In this document: piece after piece, positions 1 through 12,074 of the stretch | How positions within the stretch are numbered: the stretch's first letter is position 1 | Layout of the letters: the number at the start of each line of letters is the position of its first letter | Origin: Proteobacteria bacterium UBA5680 | GTDB lineage: Bacteria; Pseudomonadota; Gammaproteobacteria; Arenicellales; UBA5680 | NCBI GenBank assembly: GCA_002420425.1 | Contig: DIIC01000017.1 | Span: 76,052 to 140,051 of the forward strand | DNA length: 64,000 nucleotides | Direction of reading: 5' to 3' | The notes under the pieces: generated by a model | What the model was told of the DNA's origin: nothing | Seen by the model: only the letters and a program-made list of their open reading frames with translations | Databases searched by the model: none | Position numbers and translations under genes: made by a program

Positions 1-249
1 AAGTTCAGACCCGGCACTGATGTTGGTGATTACGACATAAAGTTAAAAAAGCTTTTCAAGTTTCTGGGTGATGGGAACAGGGCCAAGGTCACTCTCCGCT
101 TTAGGGGCAGAGAGATGGCACACCAGGAGCTGGGCGTCGAAATGCTGAAGCGAGTGGAAGGTGATTTGGCTGAGATCAGTACTGTAGAGCAGTTCCCGAA
201 AATGGAAGGTCGCCAGATGGTGATGGTGCTTGCTCCAAAGCGTGCTTGA
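1..249 (+). CDS. infC: translation initiation factor IF-3, C-terminal fragment (5' end lies outside the window)
   Basis: Frame 1 from base 1 reads [56 protein letters not shown]...[10 protein letters not shown], then TGA at 247-249. This is the IF-3 C-domain pattern. The gene sits in the conserved infC-rpmI-rplT order. Confidence 0.9.
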   Translation, partial: KFRPGTDVGDYDIKLKKLFKFLGDGNRAKVTLRFRGREMAHQELGVEMLKRVEGDLAEISTVEQFPKMEGRQMVMVLAPKRA

Positions 250-293
250 CCCGGAAACAGGTTGATTAAATTTAAGAAACAGGAAATAGTGCG

Positions 294-491
294 ATGCCAA
301 AGCTAAAAACGAATAGAGGAGCGGCTAAGCGGTTTAAACGCACCGCTACAGGTAAATTTAAACGCTCCCAATCCCATATGAATCATATTCTGACCAGCAA
401 GTCGACCAAGCGTAAACGGCACTTGCGGGCTCAGTTGATACTACACGAAGATAACCAGGCAGCTATCAAGAAGTTGCTGCCCTACGCCTAG
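294..491 (+). CDS. rpmI: 50S ribosomal protein L35
   Basis: 65-aa basic protein starting [24 protein letters not shown]. Located between infC and rplT. Confidence 0.95.
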   Translation: MPKLKTNRGAAKRFKRTATGKFKRSQSHMNHILTSKSTKRKRHLRAQLILHEDNQAAIKKLLPYA

Positions 492-504
492 AGGTTTATT
501 TAAA

Positions 505-864
505 ATGCCAAGAGCAAAAAGCAGTGCAACTGCTCGCGCCCGACATAAGAAGGTGCTCCAGCGAGCAAAAGGCTATCGTGGTGCACGAAGTCGTACATTC
601 AGTGCAGCAAATCAGGCGGTAATGAAGGCAGGTCAATACGCCTATCGTGATCGTCGCCAGCGCAAACGCCAATTCCGGGCACTTTGGATTATCCGAATCA
701 ATGCTGCGGCACGTGAATGCGGGCTTAGTTACAGTCAGTTTATCAATGGCCTCAACCTTGCCTCTATCGAACTTGACCGAAAAGTACTGGCAGATATAGC
801 TGTTCATGACAGAGAAGGTTTTTCGGTGCTTGCAGAGAAAGCCAGTGCCGCCCTGTCCGCTTGA
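505..864 (+). CDS. rplT: 50S ribosomal protein L20
   Basis: 119 aa starting [30 protein letters not shown], with the later stretch [24 protein letters not shown] typical of L20. Confidence 0.95.
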   Translation: MPRAKSSATARARHKKVLQRAKGYRGARSRTFSAANQAVMKAGQYAYRDRRQRKRQFRALWIIRINAAARECGLSYSQFINGLNLASIELDRKVLADIAVHDREGFSVLAEKASAALSA

Positions 865-910
865 TCGCTGTATAGACTGGATTAGCAACTACCGGCAATC
901 TGGCTGGTAA

Positions 911-2005
<1,095 letters not shown>

Positions 2006-2010
2006 CGCTG

Positions 2011-4389
2011 ATGTTAATAAGTGAAAAATGGCTTCGTCAATGGTCATCTCCAAAATTGGATACTGAAGAGTTATCTGAAATTCTAACCATGGCTGGGCTT
2101 GAGGTGGCGGGCATCAGTGATGCTGCTCCACGGCTTGGCAGCAAATTGGTCGTTGGTGAGGTGATTGAGTGCGAGAGACACCCTCATTCTTCAAAACTGC
2201 AGATCTGTAGAGTCAATGTTGGTCGTAAGCGACCGTTGAAGGTCATATGCGGTGCACCCAACGTATCGATTGGAGTGAAGACAGCGGTTGCCCTCATAGG
2301 CGCTCGTCTTCCAAATGGAATAAAAATTGAAAAAACCAGGATACGAGATATGGGCTCATCCGGAATGCTCTGTTCTTCGGCAGAACTTGGCCTTGATGAT
2401 GATTCCGCCGGAATAATGGAGCTCGACAAGAGCGCTGTGGCAGGAGTTGCTCTAACCGACTATCTTGAGCTCGATGACAGAGTCATCGAACTCGATTTAA
2501 CTCCAAACCGGGGTGATTGTCTGAGTATTGCTGGAGTGGCACGGGAGGTCTCAGCACTGACTGGGGCGGGTCTGAAGACACCAAAATTTAAGACCGTAAA
2601 AGAGGAGTCAAAGCAGCGAATACCGATAAGGCTGGAGGCGCGGAAAGATTGCCCGCTCTATATCGGGCGGATAATTGAAGACATCGATCCTGGGGCAAAG
2701 ACCCCGGACTGGATCAAGGAGAGGTTGAGACGTTCCGGGCTAAGACCGATCAGCCCGGTTGTCGACGTCACCAACTATGTAATGCTTGAACTGGGGCAGC
2801 CCATGCATGCGTTTGATCTCGATAATCTTCAAGGCGGGATTGTGGTTCGGCATGCGACAAAGGGAGAAAAGCTCAGGCTGCTCGATGGGAGTGAGATTGA
2901 TCTTACCGAGGGGTCATTGCTGATCTGTGATCAGGAACGCCCAATCGCCCTTGCCGGAATCATGGGTGGAGAAGGGTCTGGCATCAGTGAGACGACCACG
3001 ACGCTTCTGCTTGAATCAGCATGGTTCAGGCCTGGCGCCATTGCCGGTCGAGCCCGCTATTACGGCATGCAGACAGATGCTTCTCACCGTTTTGAAAGGG
3101 GCGTCGATCCAGCGCTCCAGGCCCGTGCGATCCACCGTGCCACTTCATTGATGCTTTCAATTGTCGGTGGTCGGCCGGGTCCTCTGCTTGAGGGCCAGGA
3201 TAAACGGTACCTGCCAAAAAGAGACCGGATTACACTTCGCTATAACAGGGTGGAACAGGTTATAGGCATAAAGATCCCAGAAAAAAAGGTAGATCTGCTT
3301 CTAAGGCGACTGGAGATGCATGTTAGACGACTTCGCCGAGGGTGGGATGTAATTCCACCTTCATGGCGTTTTGACATCTCCGGCGAGCATGATCTGGTTG
3401 AAGAGGTTGCTCGTCTCTATGGCTATAATGAAGTTCCTGACGCCAGTCCCAGGGCAAAGATGGTGGCGAAAATGGCTCCGGAGAAGAGGGTTAATGAACG
3501 CTTGATACGTCAAACCATTATCAACCTAGGGTATCATGAAGCTATAACATACAGTTTTGTAGACGATAAACTTCAGAAACTACTTCAACCAGAAGCTGAA
3601 GTCGTCAAGCTGGCAAACCCCATTGCATCCGGGATGTCAGTGATGCGTGTTTCCCTGTGGTCAGGGCTGCTCCAGGCGATGATGACAAACTACAATCGCC
3701 AGCACCGCAGGATTCGGCTCTTTGAAATTGGCCATACCTTTACCAAAGTCCGAAATAAATATAAGGAGGTTCGTCATTTCTCGGCATTGATTACCGGAGA
3801 TTTGACACCAGAGCAGTGGGGTTCAACACCCAAAGGCGTTGATTTTTTTGACCTCAAGGGTGATGTTGAACATCTTTTGGGATTGACAGGGCGTGTAGAC
3901 CAGTTCTCCTTTCTGCCGGCAAAAGATCCTGCCCTTCACCCCGGCCAATGTGCCGAGCTATATCGTGGCAAGGAGAAGGTTGGGATCCTTGGCCAGCTTC
4001 ATCCGGATCTGACAAAGCGTATCGGCGTTGATCAACCGGTATTTCTGTTTGAACTTAAGTTAGACCCCCTTCAGAGAGGTGTCCTGCCAAAATATCACAC
4101 CGTTTCACGATTTCCTGCAACCCGACGAGATCTTGCTCTGGTTGTCAATGAGGAGGTTTCAGCCTCAAGAGTGGTTGAAGAGATTCGTCGGGTTGCAGGG
4201 CAGACACTCAGCCAATTACAGTTGTTTGACGTCTATCGTGGAGAAGGGATTGAGAAATATGAAAAAAGTATTGCTGTGGGCTTGACCTTGCGGTCTGGAT
4301 CACGCACTCTTGATGACTCTGAAGTTGATGCCATTGTGGCCTCAGTAGTCAAAAGACTGGCTTCAGAATTTGGAGCAAAGCTGAGATAA
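2011..4389 (+). CDS. pheT: phenylalanine--tRNA ligase beta subunit
   Basis: 792 aa. N-terminal tRNA-binding domain starting [11 protein letters not shown], with B3/4, B5 and C-terminal FDX-ACB-like regions. Located 5 nt after pheS. Confidence 0.95.
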   Translation: MLISEKWLRQWSSPKLDTEELSEILTMAGLEVAGISDAAPRLGSKLVVGEVIECERHPHSSKLQICRVNVGRKRPLKVICGAPNVSIGVKTAVALIGARLPNGIKIEKTRIRDMGSSGMLCSSAELGLDDDSAGIMELDKSAVAGVALTDYLELDDRVIELDLTPNRGDCLSIAGVAREVSALTGAGLKTPKFKTVKEESKQRIPIRLEARKDCPLYIGRIIEDIDPGAKTPDWIKERLRRSGLRPISPVVDVTNYVMLELGQPMHAFDLDNLQGGIVVRHATKGEKLRLLDGSEIDLTEGSLLICDQERPIALAGIMGGEGSGISETTTTLLLESAWFRPGAIAGRARYYGMQTDASHRFERGVDPALQARAIHRATSLMLSIVGGRPGPLLEGQDKRYLPKRDRITLRYNRVEQVIGIKIPEKKVDLLLRRLEMHVRRLRRGWDVIPPSWRFDISGEHDLVEEVARLYGYNEVPDASPRAKMVAKMAPEKRVNERLIRQTIINLGYHEAITYSFVDDKLQKLLQPEAEVVKLANPIASGMSVMRVSLWSGLLQAMMTNYNRQHRRIRLFEIGHTFTKVRNKYKEVRHFSALITGDLTPEQWGSTPKGVDFFDLKGDVEHLLGLTGRVDQFSFLPAKDPALHPGQCAELYRGKEKVGILGQLHPDLTKRIGVDQPVFLFELKLDPLQRGVLPKYHTVSRFPATRRDLALVVNEEVSASRVVEEIRRVAGQTLSQLQLFDVYRGEGIEKYEKSIAVGLTLRSGSRTLDDSEVDAIVASVVKRLASEFGAKLR

Positions 4390-4405
4390 GAAGAGGTTAG
4401 TAACG

Positions 4406-4732
4406 ATGACGATTACCAAAGCAGACCTTGCCGAAACATTAAATGATGAGATAGGTCTGAATAAGCGCGAAGCAAAAGACTTTGTGGAGATGTTTTTCGA
4501 GAAAGTTCGACTTGCACTGGAAGAGTCCGACTCAGTAAAACTTTCTGGTTTTGGCAACTTCAATGTTCGCCAGAAAAATCAAAGACCGGGTCGAAACCCA
4601 AAAACAGGTGAGGAGATTCCAATTTCAGCCCGTCGGGTGGTCACCTTCAAGGCTAGTCAGAAACTTAAGGGGAAAGTTGAAGACAATACTGAATATCTGG
4701 CAGCGAAATACCAACAGATAAGGGAAAGTTAA
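4406..4732 (+). CDS. ihfA: integration host factor alpha subunit
   Basis: 108 aa. Reads [12 protein letters not shown]...[37 protein letters not shown], the HU/IHF fold signature. Lies in the pheST-ihfA synteny. Confidence 0.92.
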   Translation: MTITKADLAETLNDEIGLNKREAKDFVEMFFEKVRLALEESDSVKLSGFGNFNVRQKNQRPGRNPKTGEEIPISARRVVTFKASQKLKGKVEDNTEYLAAKYQQIRES

Positions 4733-5122
4733 GTGTTGGATCCTTCGGCTCAAAGTGATCTGCCACCCATTCCTGGAAAGCGCTATTTTACTATCGGAGA
4801 AGTCAGTAAACTCTGCAATGTAAAACCACACGTGCTCAGATATTGGGAGCAGGAATTTACCCAGCTTAAGCCTGTTAAGCGAAGAGGCAATCGGCGGTAC
4901 TACCAACGTCATGAGGTACAGTTGATCAGGGATATTCGTCAACTGCTCTATTTTGAGGGGTTCACCATAGCGGGTGCATGCAAGAAGCTCTCAGAGGATG
5001 AATCAAGCTCAAAAAAGAAAAAATCACCATCCAAACAGAAGGCGATCGACAAACGCTCTATCGATGTTGTTTCACAGTCCGTCGCAGAGCTCAACGAACT
5101 GATCGATTATCTGGGTCGTTAG
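4733..5122 (+). CDS. MerR-family transcriptional regulator
   Basis: 129 aa. The GTG start directly abuts the ihfA stop. The HTH reads YFTIGEVSKLCNVKPHVLRYWEQEF. A MerR-like gene follows ihfA in many gammaproteobacteria. Confidence 0.8.
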   Translation: MLDPSAQSDLPPIPGKRYFTIGEVSKLCNVKPHVLRYWEQEFTQLKPVKRRGNRRYYQRHEVQLIRDIRQLLYFEGFTIAGACKKLSEDESSSKKKKSPSKQKAIDKRSIDVVSQSVAELNELIDYLGR

Positions 5123-5361
5123 AAGAAGCCTCTACCAGATCCACCCCTTTTTTGTTTGCCCACTCCAGTATTGTCTCTATAGATCCCAGAGATTTCCTAT
5201 TCTGACTTTATGCATTTTGTGCAGGAGGGCAGGTCTGTCTGGAGTGAGATCAGACCGTTCGGGACAAAATCAGGCTACCTCATGAGGTTGGAAATAGGTA
5301 GAATCACGCCTGAATTTTTTTGAGAGTCTCTGGTTTTTTCAGAACTTCCCTAAAAGTCACT

Positions 5362-5438
<77 letters not shown>

Positions 5439-5447
5439 TTTTTCGTC

Positions 5448-6536
5448 TTATTCATCCAGGATAATGATCACAGATGGGTGAATGGCAATCTGTATCTTCG
5501 CCCCAATACGGACTTGATGTCGAGAGAGAGCTGAAGGTCGAAGCTGCATCTGTAATCGTTCAGGGCCCCCATTGACGACTTTGAGCGTGACTACAGCCCA
5601 TTCTCGAAGAAGAACCAGTTCATCAACAATCGCATGGAGGAGATTCCCAAGTTCACTCGTATTTTTGCCGTCAGCGCGAACGAGGGTCACATCTGAAGGC
5701 CTGACGGTCCAGAATAGTGGTGAGTTAGGAGATAGAGTTGGTGCGTTCTCTACTTCAAGAAGTAGATCTCCCCATTGGATTTGGCTGTTTGAGGTTTCTC
5801 TGTTTGATGCGGTGCAGGACGTTCTGATGATATTTTTGAAGTCCAGTAGCTGGGCCGCCTCAACTGAAGTGGGTCGACGCAGCATCTCATTGGTAGTGCC
5901 ATACTGAACTTGTCTGCCATGGTGTATGAGACAGAGATGCTCCGCAAGCTGGGCGGCTTCATCGAGGTCATGGGTGACCAGGATAACGGTTGTATGCAGT
6001 TCCAAAAAAAGCTGATTCAACTCGATATAGAGTCTCTTGGCGGTACTTCGATCAAGGGCCGAGAAGGGCTCATCAAGAAGCAGTACACTGGGTCGGCGGG
6101 CGATTGCACGGGCCATCGCAACACGTTGCCTCTGGCCTCCGGAGAGGTTGGCTGGCAGGCGATCTTCAAGCCCGGCGATACAGGCTTTCTCAAGCGACTC
6201 CATCGCTTGTTTCCTGCGCTCGCTTTCAGGCAGATGAAGCAATGCTGACTCCACGTTCTGGAGTGCGGTCAGATGTGGAAATAGAGCATAATTCTGGCAG
6301 ACATAACCCAGTGTACGATTTGCTGTTGCTCTCCATACCCCCTGATCGCTGTCAGACCAGATCGTCTTGTCAACTTTTATGCAGGAGCGCTGGGTTTTAA
6401 GCAATCCTGCAATCGCCCTCAGGATTGAGGTTTTACCACTTCCAGAAGGGCCAACCAGAGCGGTTGTTTGATTGCTCTTGATCTTAAGGTCAAGATCGAG
6501 CGGTGGAGCATCATGGTTGAGTGAGACCTCTATCAT
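5448..6536 (-). CDS. modC: molybdate ABC transporter ATP-binding protein with C-terminal TOBE/Mop domain
   Basis: Walker A GPSGSGKTS, signature LSGGQRQRVAMARA, Walker B LLLDEPFSALD, plus a C-terminal tail of about 130 aa. The ORF is open to 6566. The ATG at 6536 forms an ATGA overlap with the modB stop and is the more likely start. Confidence 0.85.
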   Translation of the reverse strand: MIEVSLNHDAPPLDLDLKIKSNQTTALVGPSGSGKTSILRAIAGLLKTQRSCIKVDKTIWSDSDQGVWRATANRTLGYVCQNYALFPHLTALQNVESALLHLPESERRKQAMESLEKACIAGLEDRLPANLSGGQRQRVAMARAIARRPSVLLLDEPFSALDRSTAKRLYIELNQLFLELHTTVILVTHDLDEAAQLAEHLCLIHHGRQVQYGTTNEMLRRPTSVEAAQLLDFKNIIRTSCTASNRETSNSQIQWGDLLLEVENAPTLSPNSPLFWTVRPSDVTLVRADGKNTSELGNLLHAIVDELVLLREWAVVTLKVVNGGPERLQMQLRPSALSRHQVRIGAKIQIAIHPSVIIILDE

Positions 6537-7213
6537 CAGTGTTGGGACCTGAAGCGATGCAGCCATTTTTCTGCCAGGACATAGCTGACCCCAACGGTCA
6601 CTAAAGAGAGGAGGAGCAGCATCAGAGCCATCTGTCCGGCCGCTGTCTGATCAAAGGCCTGGATGCGATCATAGATTGCAATAGAGACAGTTCGTGTCTC
6701 TCCTGGGATATTTCCGCCGACCATGAGTACAACACCAAATTCGCCAAGGGTATGACCAAAAGTAAGCACGGTGGCCGAGAGAATTCCAGGCCAGGCCAGG
6801 GGAAGCTCAATACGCCTTAATGCCTGCCATGTGCTCATTCCACAACATTGAGCCGCTTCGCGAACATCTCTGGAAACTGATTCAAAGCTGCGTTGAACAG
6901 GAAGAACCGCAAAGGGAATATTGACTAGGATTGATGCGGCTACCAGACCTTCAAAACTGAAGGCAAGTGTGGAGCCAAGAAGTTGTTCAAAAAACCGACC
7001 CAGAGGGGAGTGTGAGCCCATCGATACCAGAAGGTAATAACCCACTACAGTGGGGGGGAGGACAAGCGGGAGGGCAATTAGGGCCTCAATCCAGAGCTTT
7101 CCCCGAAATGTGGTTCTGGCAAGCCATCGGCCCACTCCAATTGATAATGGAACAAGAAAGAGCAGCGTCCAGAATGCCAGCTTTACGGAGAGTGTAATTG
7201 CAGTGATATCCAT
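6536..7213 (-). CDS. modB: molybdate ABC transporter permease
   Basis: 225 aa, multi-TM. Carries the EAA-type loop (VREAAQCCGMSTWQALRRIELPLAWPG). Sits between modA and modC. Confidence 0.88.
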   Translation of the reverse strand: MDITAITLSVKLAFWTLLFLVPLSIGVGRWLARTTFRGKLWIEALIALPLVLPPTVVGYYLLVSMGSHSPLGRFFEQLLGSTLAFSFEGLVAASILVNIPFAVLPVQRSFESVSRDVREAAQCCGMSTWQALRRIELPLAWPGILSATVLTFGHTLGEFGVVLMVGGNIPGETRTVSIAIYDRIQAFDQTAAGQMALMLLLLSLVTVGVSYVLAEKWLHRFRSQH

Positions 7214-7250
7214 ACCAAGCGGTTAGTCTTTTGCCTGTAGCATATAGAAA

Positions 7251-8036
7251 TCAGGGGAGTTGGGGGTTAAAAATAAATCCATTGCCAACCAGCAGATCAC
7301 GAATGGTGTCAGATTGCAGGTAGCGAACGAATTGTTCTGTAGCGGGATGGGCATCTTTTAATATTACCATCCGATGGATTAATGGCTCCTTAATATGCTG
7401 GGTAACTGGAATCACCTGATATTGTCCAAGTTGGTTTAGGCCGGGCGAGAGGACAAGAGTGAGGGGGATCAGGCCTGCTGCGGCGCCTCCTTGAAAGGTA
7501 AATTGAGCGGCCTGAGAGGCATTCTCGCCTAAAACAAGCTTGGGTTGTATTCGTTGCCACAGTCCTGCCGCCTCAAGAGCCTGTTTTGCAGCACGTCCAT
7601 AGGGAGCATGGTTGGGGTTGGGGATGGCAAATTTTTTGACTTTGCCATCATTCAGTGCTTGATCAATCCCATCCAACCCCTCTTCAGCAACAAGGGGTGA
7701 GTTGTGGTGAGTGAACAGAGCAAGTTGCCCCTGCGCAAAGAGGACACCCTCTCCGTTTGTCAATTGTTGCTCTTTTAGGCGATAGATATAATCCTGATCT
7801 GCAGAGATAAAAAGATCAAAAGGTGCGCCGTGTTCAATCTGGACTGCCAAGTTGCCGGATGAACCATAGATCACTCTAGGGGCAGGTGCTCCGGACCGGG
7901 TGTAGCGGGCAGTAATCTCATCCATAACAAAACGGAGGTTTGAGGCCGATGCCACCATGATGCCTTGGTGTTCAGCGTAGAGATTGGCACCTGGAAAGAG
8001 CAGTAAAAGAAAAAAGAGAAGGTGGTGATTCCGCAT
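7251..8036 (-). CDS. modA: molybdate ABC transporter periplasmic binding protein
   Basis: 261 aa. Signal peptide, then VASASNLRFVMDEI...YGSSGNLAVQIEHGAPFDLFISAD, which is ModA-like. Confidence 0.85.
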   Translation of the reverse strand: MRNHHLLFFLLLLFPGANLYAEHQGIMVASASNLRFVMDEITARYTRSGAPAPRVIYGSSGNLAVQIEHGAPFDLFISADQDYIYRLKEQQLTNGEGVLFAQGQLALFTHHNSPLVAEEGLDGIDQALNDGKVKKFAIPNPNHAPYGRAAKQALEAAGLWQRIQPKLVLGENASQAAQFTFQGGAAAGLIPLTLVLSPGLNQLGQYQVIPVTQHIKEPLIHRMVILKDAHPATEQFVRYLQSDTIRDLLVGNGFIFNPQLP

Positions 8037-8049
8037 TATGTTATAGCGA

Positions 8050-8808
8050 TTAAAACAACAATGCCGCTGTACTAGCGCATAGCGTCATGATGAAGAGAAG
8101 CCATTTGAGTGTATCCGGATTAGCCTTGATTGCAAATTTAACTGCAAAGTGAGCTCCGCCCATTGCCCCCACTGCCAGAATCAGGCCAGGCATCCATAGT
8201 ACCTGATCATTGGCAATAAAAATGACAAGAGCTACTACAGTAAATCCCGACGTACAGACCAGTTTGAGCGCGTTTGTTCTGACAAGGTCATAACGAAGGC
8301 TGCCTGCAAGAGCAGTAATCAGGATGAAGCCCACTCCAGCTTGAACAAACCCGCCATAGAGTCCTGACAAAAATAACCAAAACCATGCGCTTCGGTTATT
8401 GCCAACAGGATTGGGTGGTGTGTTGGGGGGCGGACAGATGATGTTCGGTCTGATTAGAATAATCGCAGCCATCACAACCATGGTTCCCAGCAGTAATGGC
8501 TTTAAAAGAGTACTGGGAGAGTAGGCCGCGATGATTGCCCCAATCAATCCGCCGGGCAGTACCAATAACAAGATAGGAACAATGTCATGAGTAGGGAGGC
8601 GGTCATGCCGCTTGAATCCAAAAACACCCACCATTGACTGGAGCAGGACGCCAACACGGTTGGTGGCATTGGCGACTTCAGGCGGCATCCCCAATACCAT
8701 CAGTGCAGGAAGCGTAAGATTAGATCCACCTCCGGCAAGGGTATTAATGATGCCGGAGATAAATCCTGTTGTGGTTATGAGAGTGATCTGCCAAAAAGAG
8801 ATATCCAC
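8050..8808 (-). CDS. TauE/SafE-family anion permease
   Basis: 252 aa, about 8 TM, Gly-rich helices (TLAGGGSNLTLPALM). Its stop is 13 nt upstream of the modA start. Confidence 0.7.
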   Translation of the reverse strand: MDISFWQITLITTTGFISGIINTLAGGGSNLTLPALMVLGMPPEVANATNRVGVLLQSMVGVFGFKRHDRLPTHDIVPILLLVLPGGLIGAIIAAYSPSTLLKPLLLGTMVVMAAIILIRPNIICPPPNTPPNPVGNNRSAWFWLFLSGLYGGFVQAGVGFILITALAGSLRYDLVRTNALKLVCTSGFTVVALVIFIANDQVLWMPGLILAVGAMGGAHFAVKFAIKANPDTLKWLLFIMTLCASTAALLF

Positions 8809-8938
8809 TTGATCTAAAGAGCCTGTATTCCAATCCCTAGAGAAGCCGTGATTCTATCTTGTTTTGCGGGCCATGTTGGCAAACAACAGCCCTGAATATT
8901 ATTTCTTTATGTACATTATTCCTGTTTTCAGATAGAAC

Positions 8939-9418
8939 ATGAGTATGAATAATTTTACAGACACAGATTATGCAAATCTTGCGTTGGACAAGTTCTTAAC
9001 GATTCGTATTAACCGACTGAGTTCAGCACTTGGGCGGCAAGCAACTGTTCTGTTGGCAAAAGAGTCCAACCTCAGTCTTCTTGAATGGAGATTGATCCGT
9101 CTTCTGGTAAATCGACCGGATTCAACTGCACGGGAATTAAACCGAGTTTCAGGAATCAATACGGCACAAATCAGCCATGGGGTCAGACGTCTTGACAATA
9201 GGAAATTGATTACTGTTATGCGTGATCCCATTGATCGTAGAGCATACAGGTTGAAATTAACCACCCTTGGACGTCAGCTCTATACCCAGGCTCTTCCGGT
9301 AATGAATAGGAGGTATCAAGCACTCTGCGCCCTTTTGAGTGAGGAGGAGAGTAAAATGATCACAGATATACTGGATAGATTAGATGCCCACGCCAAAATT
9401 CTTGACTTTCCTGAATGA
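8939..9418 (+). CDS. MarR-family transcriptional regulator
   Basis: 159 aa. Winged-HTH pattern LSLLEWRLIRLLVNRPDSTARELNRVSGINTAQISHGVRRLDNRKLI...DPIDRRAYRLKLT. Divergent from the TauE gene. Confidence 0.85.
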   Translation: MSMNNFTDTDYANLALDKFLTIRINRLSSALGRQATVLLAKESNLSLLEWRLIRLLVNRPDSTARELNRVSGINTAQISHGVRRLDNRKLITVMRDPIDRRAYRLKLTTLGRQLYTQALPVMNRRYQALCALLSEEESKMITDILDRLDAHAKILDFPE

Positions 9419-9592
9419 GAAAAATTCTCGCTTTCCTGGTTTAACTCTCTACTACCCCCCGTTTGCAACGCTATCTCTTGTTCGGTCACGCAATTGACAT
9501 GAGTATGGCGTGATGTGATGGCCATCACAGCAATTGACTAAAATAGGATCTACACTTTCTTGAGTTACTTTATACACAAGGATTAAATTGAA

Positions 9593-11164
9593 ATGCTGCA
9601 ACCTATTAAACACAGTATTGTCCGGTTAGCCGTCAAAGTCACTCTGGTTTTTGTCATCTCCCTCCCAGCATTAGCCGATGATGCAGAACTTCCCCCACTC
9701 TCGATCGATGTCCAAATGGACCACAGTGCAGTCAAGGCAGGCCAGGCAGCGACGCACTATGTGGTAGTTGATTTTTCTGCGCCAGAATCAAAGATCAGAA
9801 GAGAGCAGAGGCCATTGATCAATCTTGCCTTGGTTCTGGACCGCTCAGGTTCAATGAAGTCAGCAGGCAAGATGAGCTATGCAAAAGCGGCAACTCTGAA
9901 CATTATTGATATGCTGAGCGTTGAGGACCAGCTGGCTATTGTTGAGTATGATGATTTGATCAATGTGTTGTGGCCCTCATCTCCTGTCGAAACACCTGAG
10001 CTGATTAAATCACGGGTTTCAGAGCTCTACCCAAGAGGAAGTACCAATCTCTCAGGGGGGCTTATGAAAGGGGCAGAAGAGGTGTCGAATGAGATCAATC
10101 CGGATGGGGTCAATCGAGTGATCTTGATGTCGGATGGGCTGGCAAACCGCGGTATTACAGACCCAGATCAAATTAAAAGGCTCGTCCGCAAGGCGAGGGC
10201 AAAGGGAATGACGATCACAACCATGGGGCTGGGGCTTGAATACGATGAGAACCTGATGCAGGGAATCGCTGAGGCGGGAAGCGGAAGTTACTACTACATA
10301 GAGAGCCCAACTTCTATTTCACGGATTTTCCGCCAAGAGATGTATGCCATGGCAAACACGGTTGCCAGTAATGCAGAAGTGGTATTCACCCCAGGTGAGG
10401 GGGTCTCAAAGGTTGATGTTTTTGGATATGAGACCACCGAGAATGGTTCTATTGTCAGTATTCCTATGGAGGACTTCTATTCTGGAGAGAAGAGAACTCT
10501 GATCATCAGGCTTCAGGTTGCCTCTCAGTTTCCAGGCGAAATGAGATTAGGCACTCTGGTGTTGAACTATAAAAATAGTGAACGTGGAAAAAGCGAGTCA
10601 ATCACAAGAACACTTGACTTGAATGTTAGCGATGACCAGATACTGGTTGATGCCTCTCTCGATAAGGACGCATTGGCAAAAGCAGTGCTTGCTGAAGCCG
10701 GTGAAGAGCATGCAGAAGTGATCAATCTATATGAGAAAGGTGATATTAAATCAGCCAAAGAAAAGGTCGCAGGGCTGGTTACATTCCTCAAGGAGTCCAA
10801 CCAAGCTCTTGGAGATATCTCAATAGAGAAAAAACTAGAGGGGCTGGGAATGGAGTTGGAGGAGATGGACAGGGCTTCATCGAGTACGGCTGAAAGATCA
10901 AAATACCTAAAGTCTAAAAAGCAACAACTCTTCTATGCCTCGAAGGGGAAACAAGCCAAATACCTGTTGCAGGAGGGAAGCTTTGGAATGGAGGTTGAAA
11001 ACCTGCAGCAAGCGTTGAAGGAGAGAGATTTCTATCAAGGCCCAATTGATGGTGTTTTTTCATCAACCCTTAAAGAGGCGGTTATTAAATACCAGAGTCA
11101 AAACAACTTGAAGGCAGATGGAATTGCCGGACCACTGACCTTAAAAGCGTTAGGACTCTATTAA
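9593..11164 (+). CDS. secreted vWA-domain protein with C-terminal peptidoglycan-binding domain
   Basis: 523 aa. Signal peptide ending PALADD. MIDAS LVLDRSGSM with later LMSDGLAN. C-terminus LQQALKERDFYQGPIDGVFSSTLKEAVIKYQSQNNLKADGIAGPLTLKAL is PG_binding_1-like. Confidence 0.8.
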   Translation: MLQPIKHSIVRLAVKVTLVFVISLPALADDAELPPLSIDVQMDHSAVKAGQAATHYVVVDFSAPESKIRREQRPLINLALVLDRSGSMKSAGKMSYAKAATLNIIDMLSVEDQLAIVEYDDLINVLWPSSPVETPELIKSRVSELYPRGSTNLSGGLMKGAEEVSNEINPDGVNRVILMSDGLANRGITDPDQIKRLVRKARAKGMTITTMGLGLEYDENLMQGIAEAGSGSYYYIESPTSISRIFRQEMYAMANTVASNAEVVFTPGEGVSKVDVFGYETTENGSIVSIPMEDFYSGEKRTLIIRLQVASQFPGEMRLGTLVLNYKNSERGKSESITRTLDLNVSDDQILVDASLDKDALAKAVLAEAGEEHAEVINLYEKGDIKSAKEKVAGLVTFLKESNQALGDISIEKKLEGLGMELEEMDRASSSTAERSKYLKSKKQQLFYASKGKQAKYLLQEGSFGMEVENLQQALKERDFYQGPIDGVFSSTLKEAVIKYQSQNNLKADGIAGPLTLKALGLY

Positions 11165-11177
11165 TAGTGGCGGGAGA

Positions 11178-11199
11178 GGGGGTGTTTTGTTACACCCCC
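11178..11199. terminator. hairpin between convergent genes (possible bidirectional terminator)
   Basis: GGGGGTGT (11178-11185), loop TTTGTT, ACACCCCC (11192-11199). Confidence 0.5.
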
Positions 11200-11264
11200 T
11201 GAATAGACAGAAACAGCATCAAGTCATTAAGGCCGGAAGAACCTGCCGCTAAGAGCCTTTTTTT

Positions 11265-12074
11265 TTATTTAAAATTTGGGGGGCGTTTCTCAAGAAATGC
11301 ACTGATTCCCTCATAAAAATTGTCAGATGTTGCGCACTCACTAAAATGGATGGATTCAGCCTGTAGTTGCGCTTCGAGGGTATTGTCCAGGGATGAACGA
11401 AGGAGAGATTTCATTCTTGCATTCGCTTGTGAAGATCGTTCGGCTAGTTTTCCTGCAAGTGAGCGTGATTCTGTTTGCAGCTCAGAGAGTGGAATGACTC
11501 GGTTGACGAGACCAATCCTGAGCGCGTGCTCTGCATCAACTTTCTCCCCAAATGCAATGAGTTCAAATGCCCTTTTTACTCCAACCACTCTTGGCAGATT
11601 GTAGGTTAACCCTCCGTCAGGGCTGGTGCCAATTTGGCTGTATGCGGTCGAGAAAAAGGAATTATCAGCTGCGAGAACGATGTCACAATTGAGGGCAAGG
11701 CTCATGCCAAACCCGGCAACTGCCCCATGTACAGCACCAATAACAGGTTGATCAAGATGGGCCAGCCGGGTAATGGAGTGGTGAACTTCGATAATCAGTG
11801 ATTGAAACCTCTCTTTGAGTGCGCGCTTATCGTCACTCTCACTAATCCACTGGTGAAAAGCCTTGATATCACCCCCAGCCATGAAGTGGTCCCCCGCACC
11901 CTGGATGATAACGGCTCGAATATGATCGCTCCTGGTCAGTTGTTGTGTAATCGCGTCCAGGGCAGTCGTCATCTCTCGATTGAGGGCATTGAGTGACTTC
12001 GGGCGGTTAAGTGTAAGGACACATAACTCCTCTTCTTCATTAACCACAATGGTGTCGTTGGGTGAGGTGATCAT
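11265..12074 (-). CDS. enoyl-CoA hydratase/isomerase (crotonase) family protein
   Basis: 269 aa. Crotonase signatures: LNRPKSLNAL, AGGDIKAF, GAVHGAVAGFGMSLALNCD. Confidence 0.85.
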   Translation of the reverse strand: MITSPNDTIVVNEEEELCVLTLNRPKSLNALNREMTTALDAITQQLTRSDHIRAVIIQGAGDHFMAGGDIKAFHQWISESDDKRALKERFQSLIIEVHHSITRLAHLDQPVIGAVHGAVAGFGMSLALNCDIVLAADNSFFSTAYSQIGTSPDGGLTYNLPRVVGVKRAFELIAFGEKVDAEHALRIGLVNRVIPLSELQTESRSLAGKLAERSSQANARMKSLLRSSLDNTLEAQLQAESIHFSECATSDNFYEGISAFLEKRPPNFK

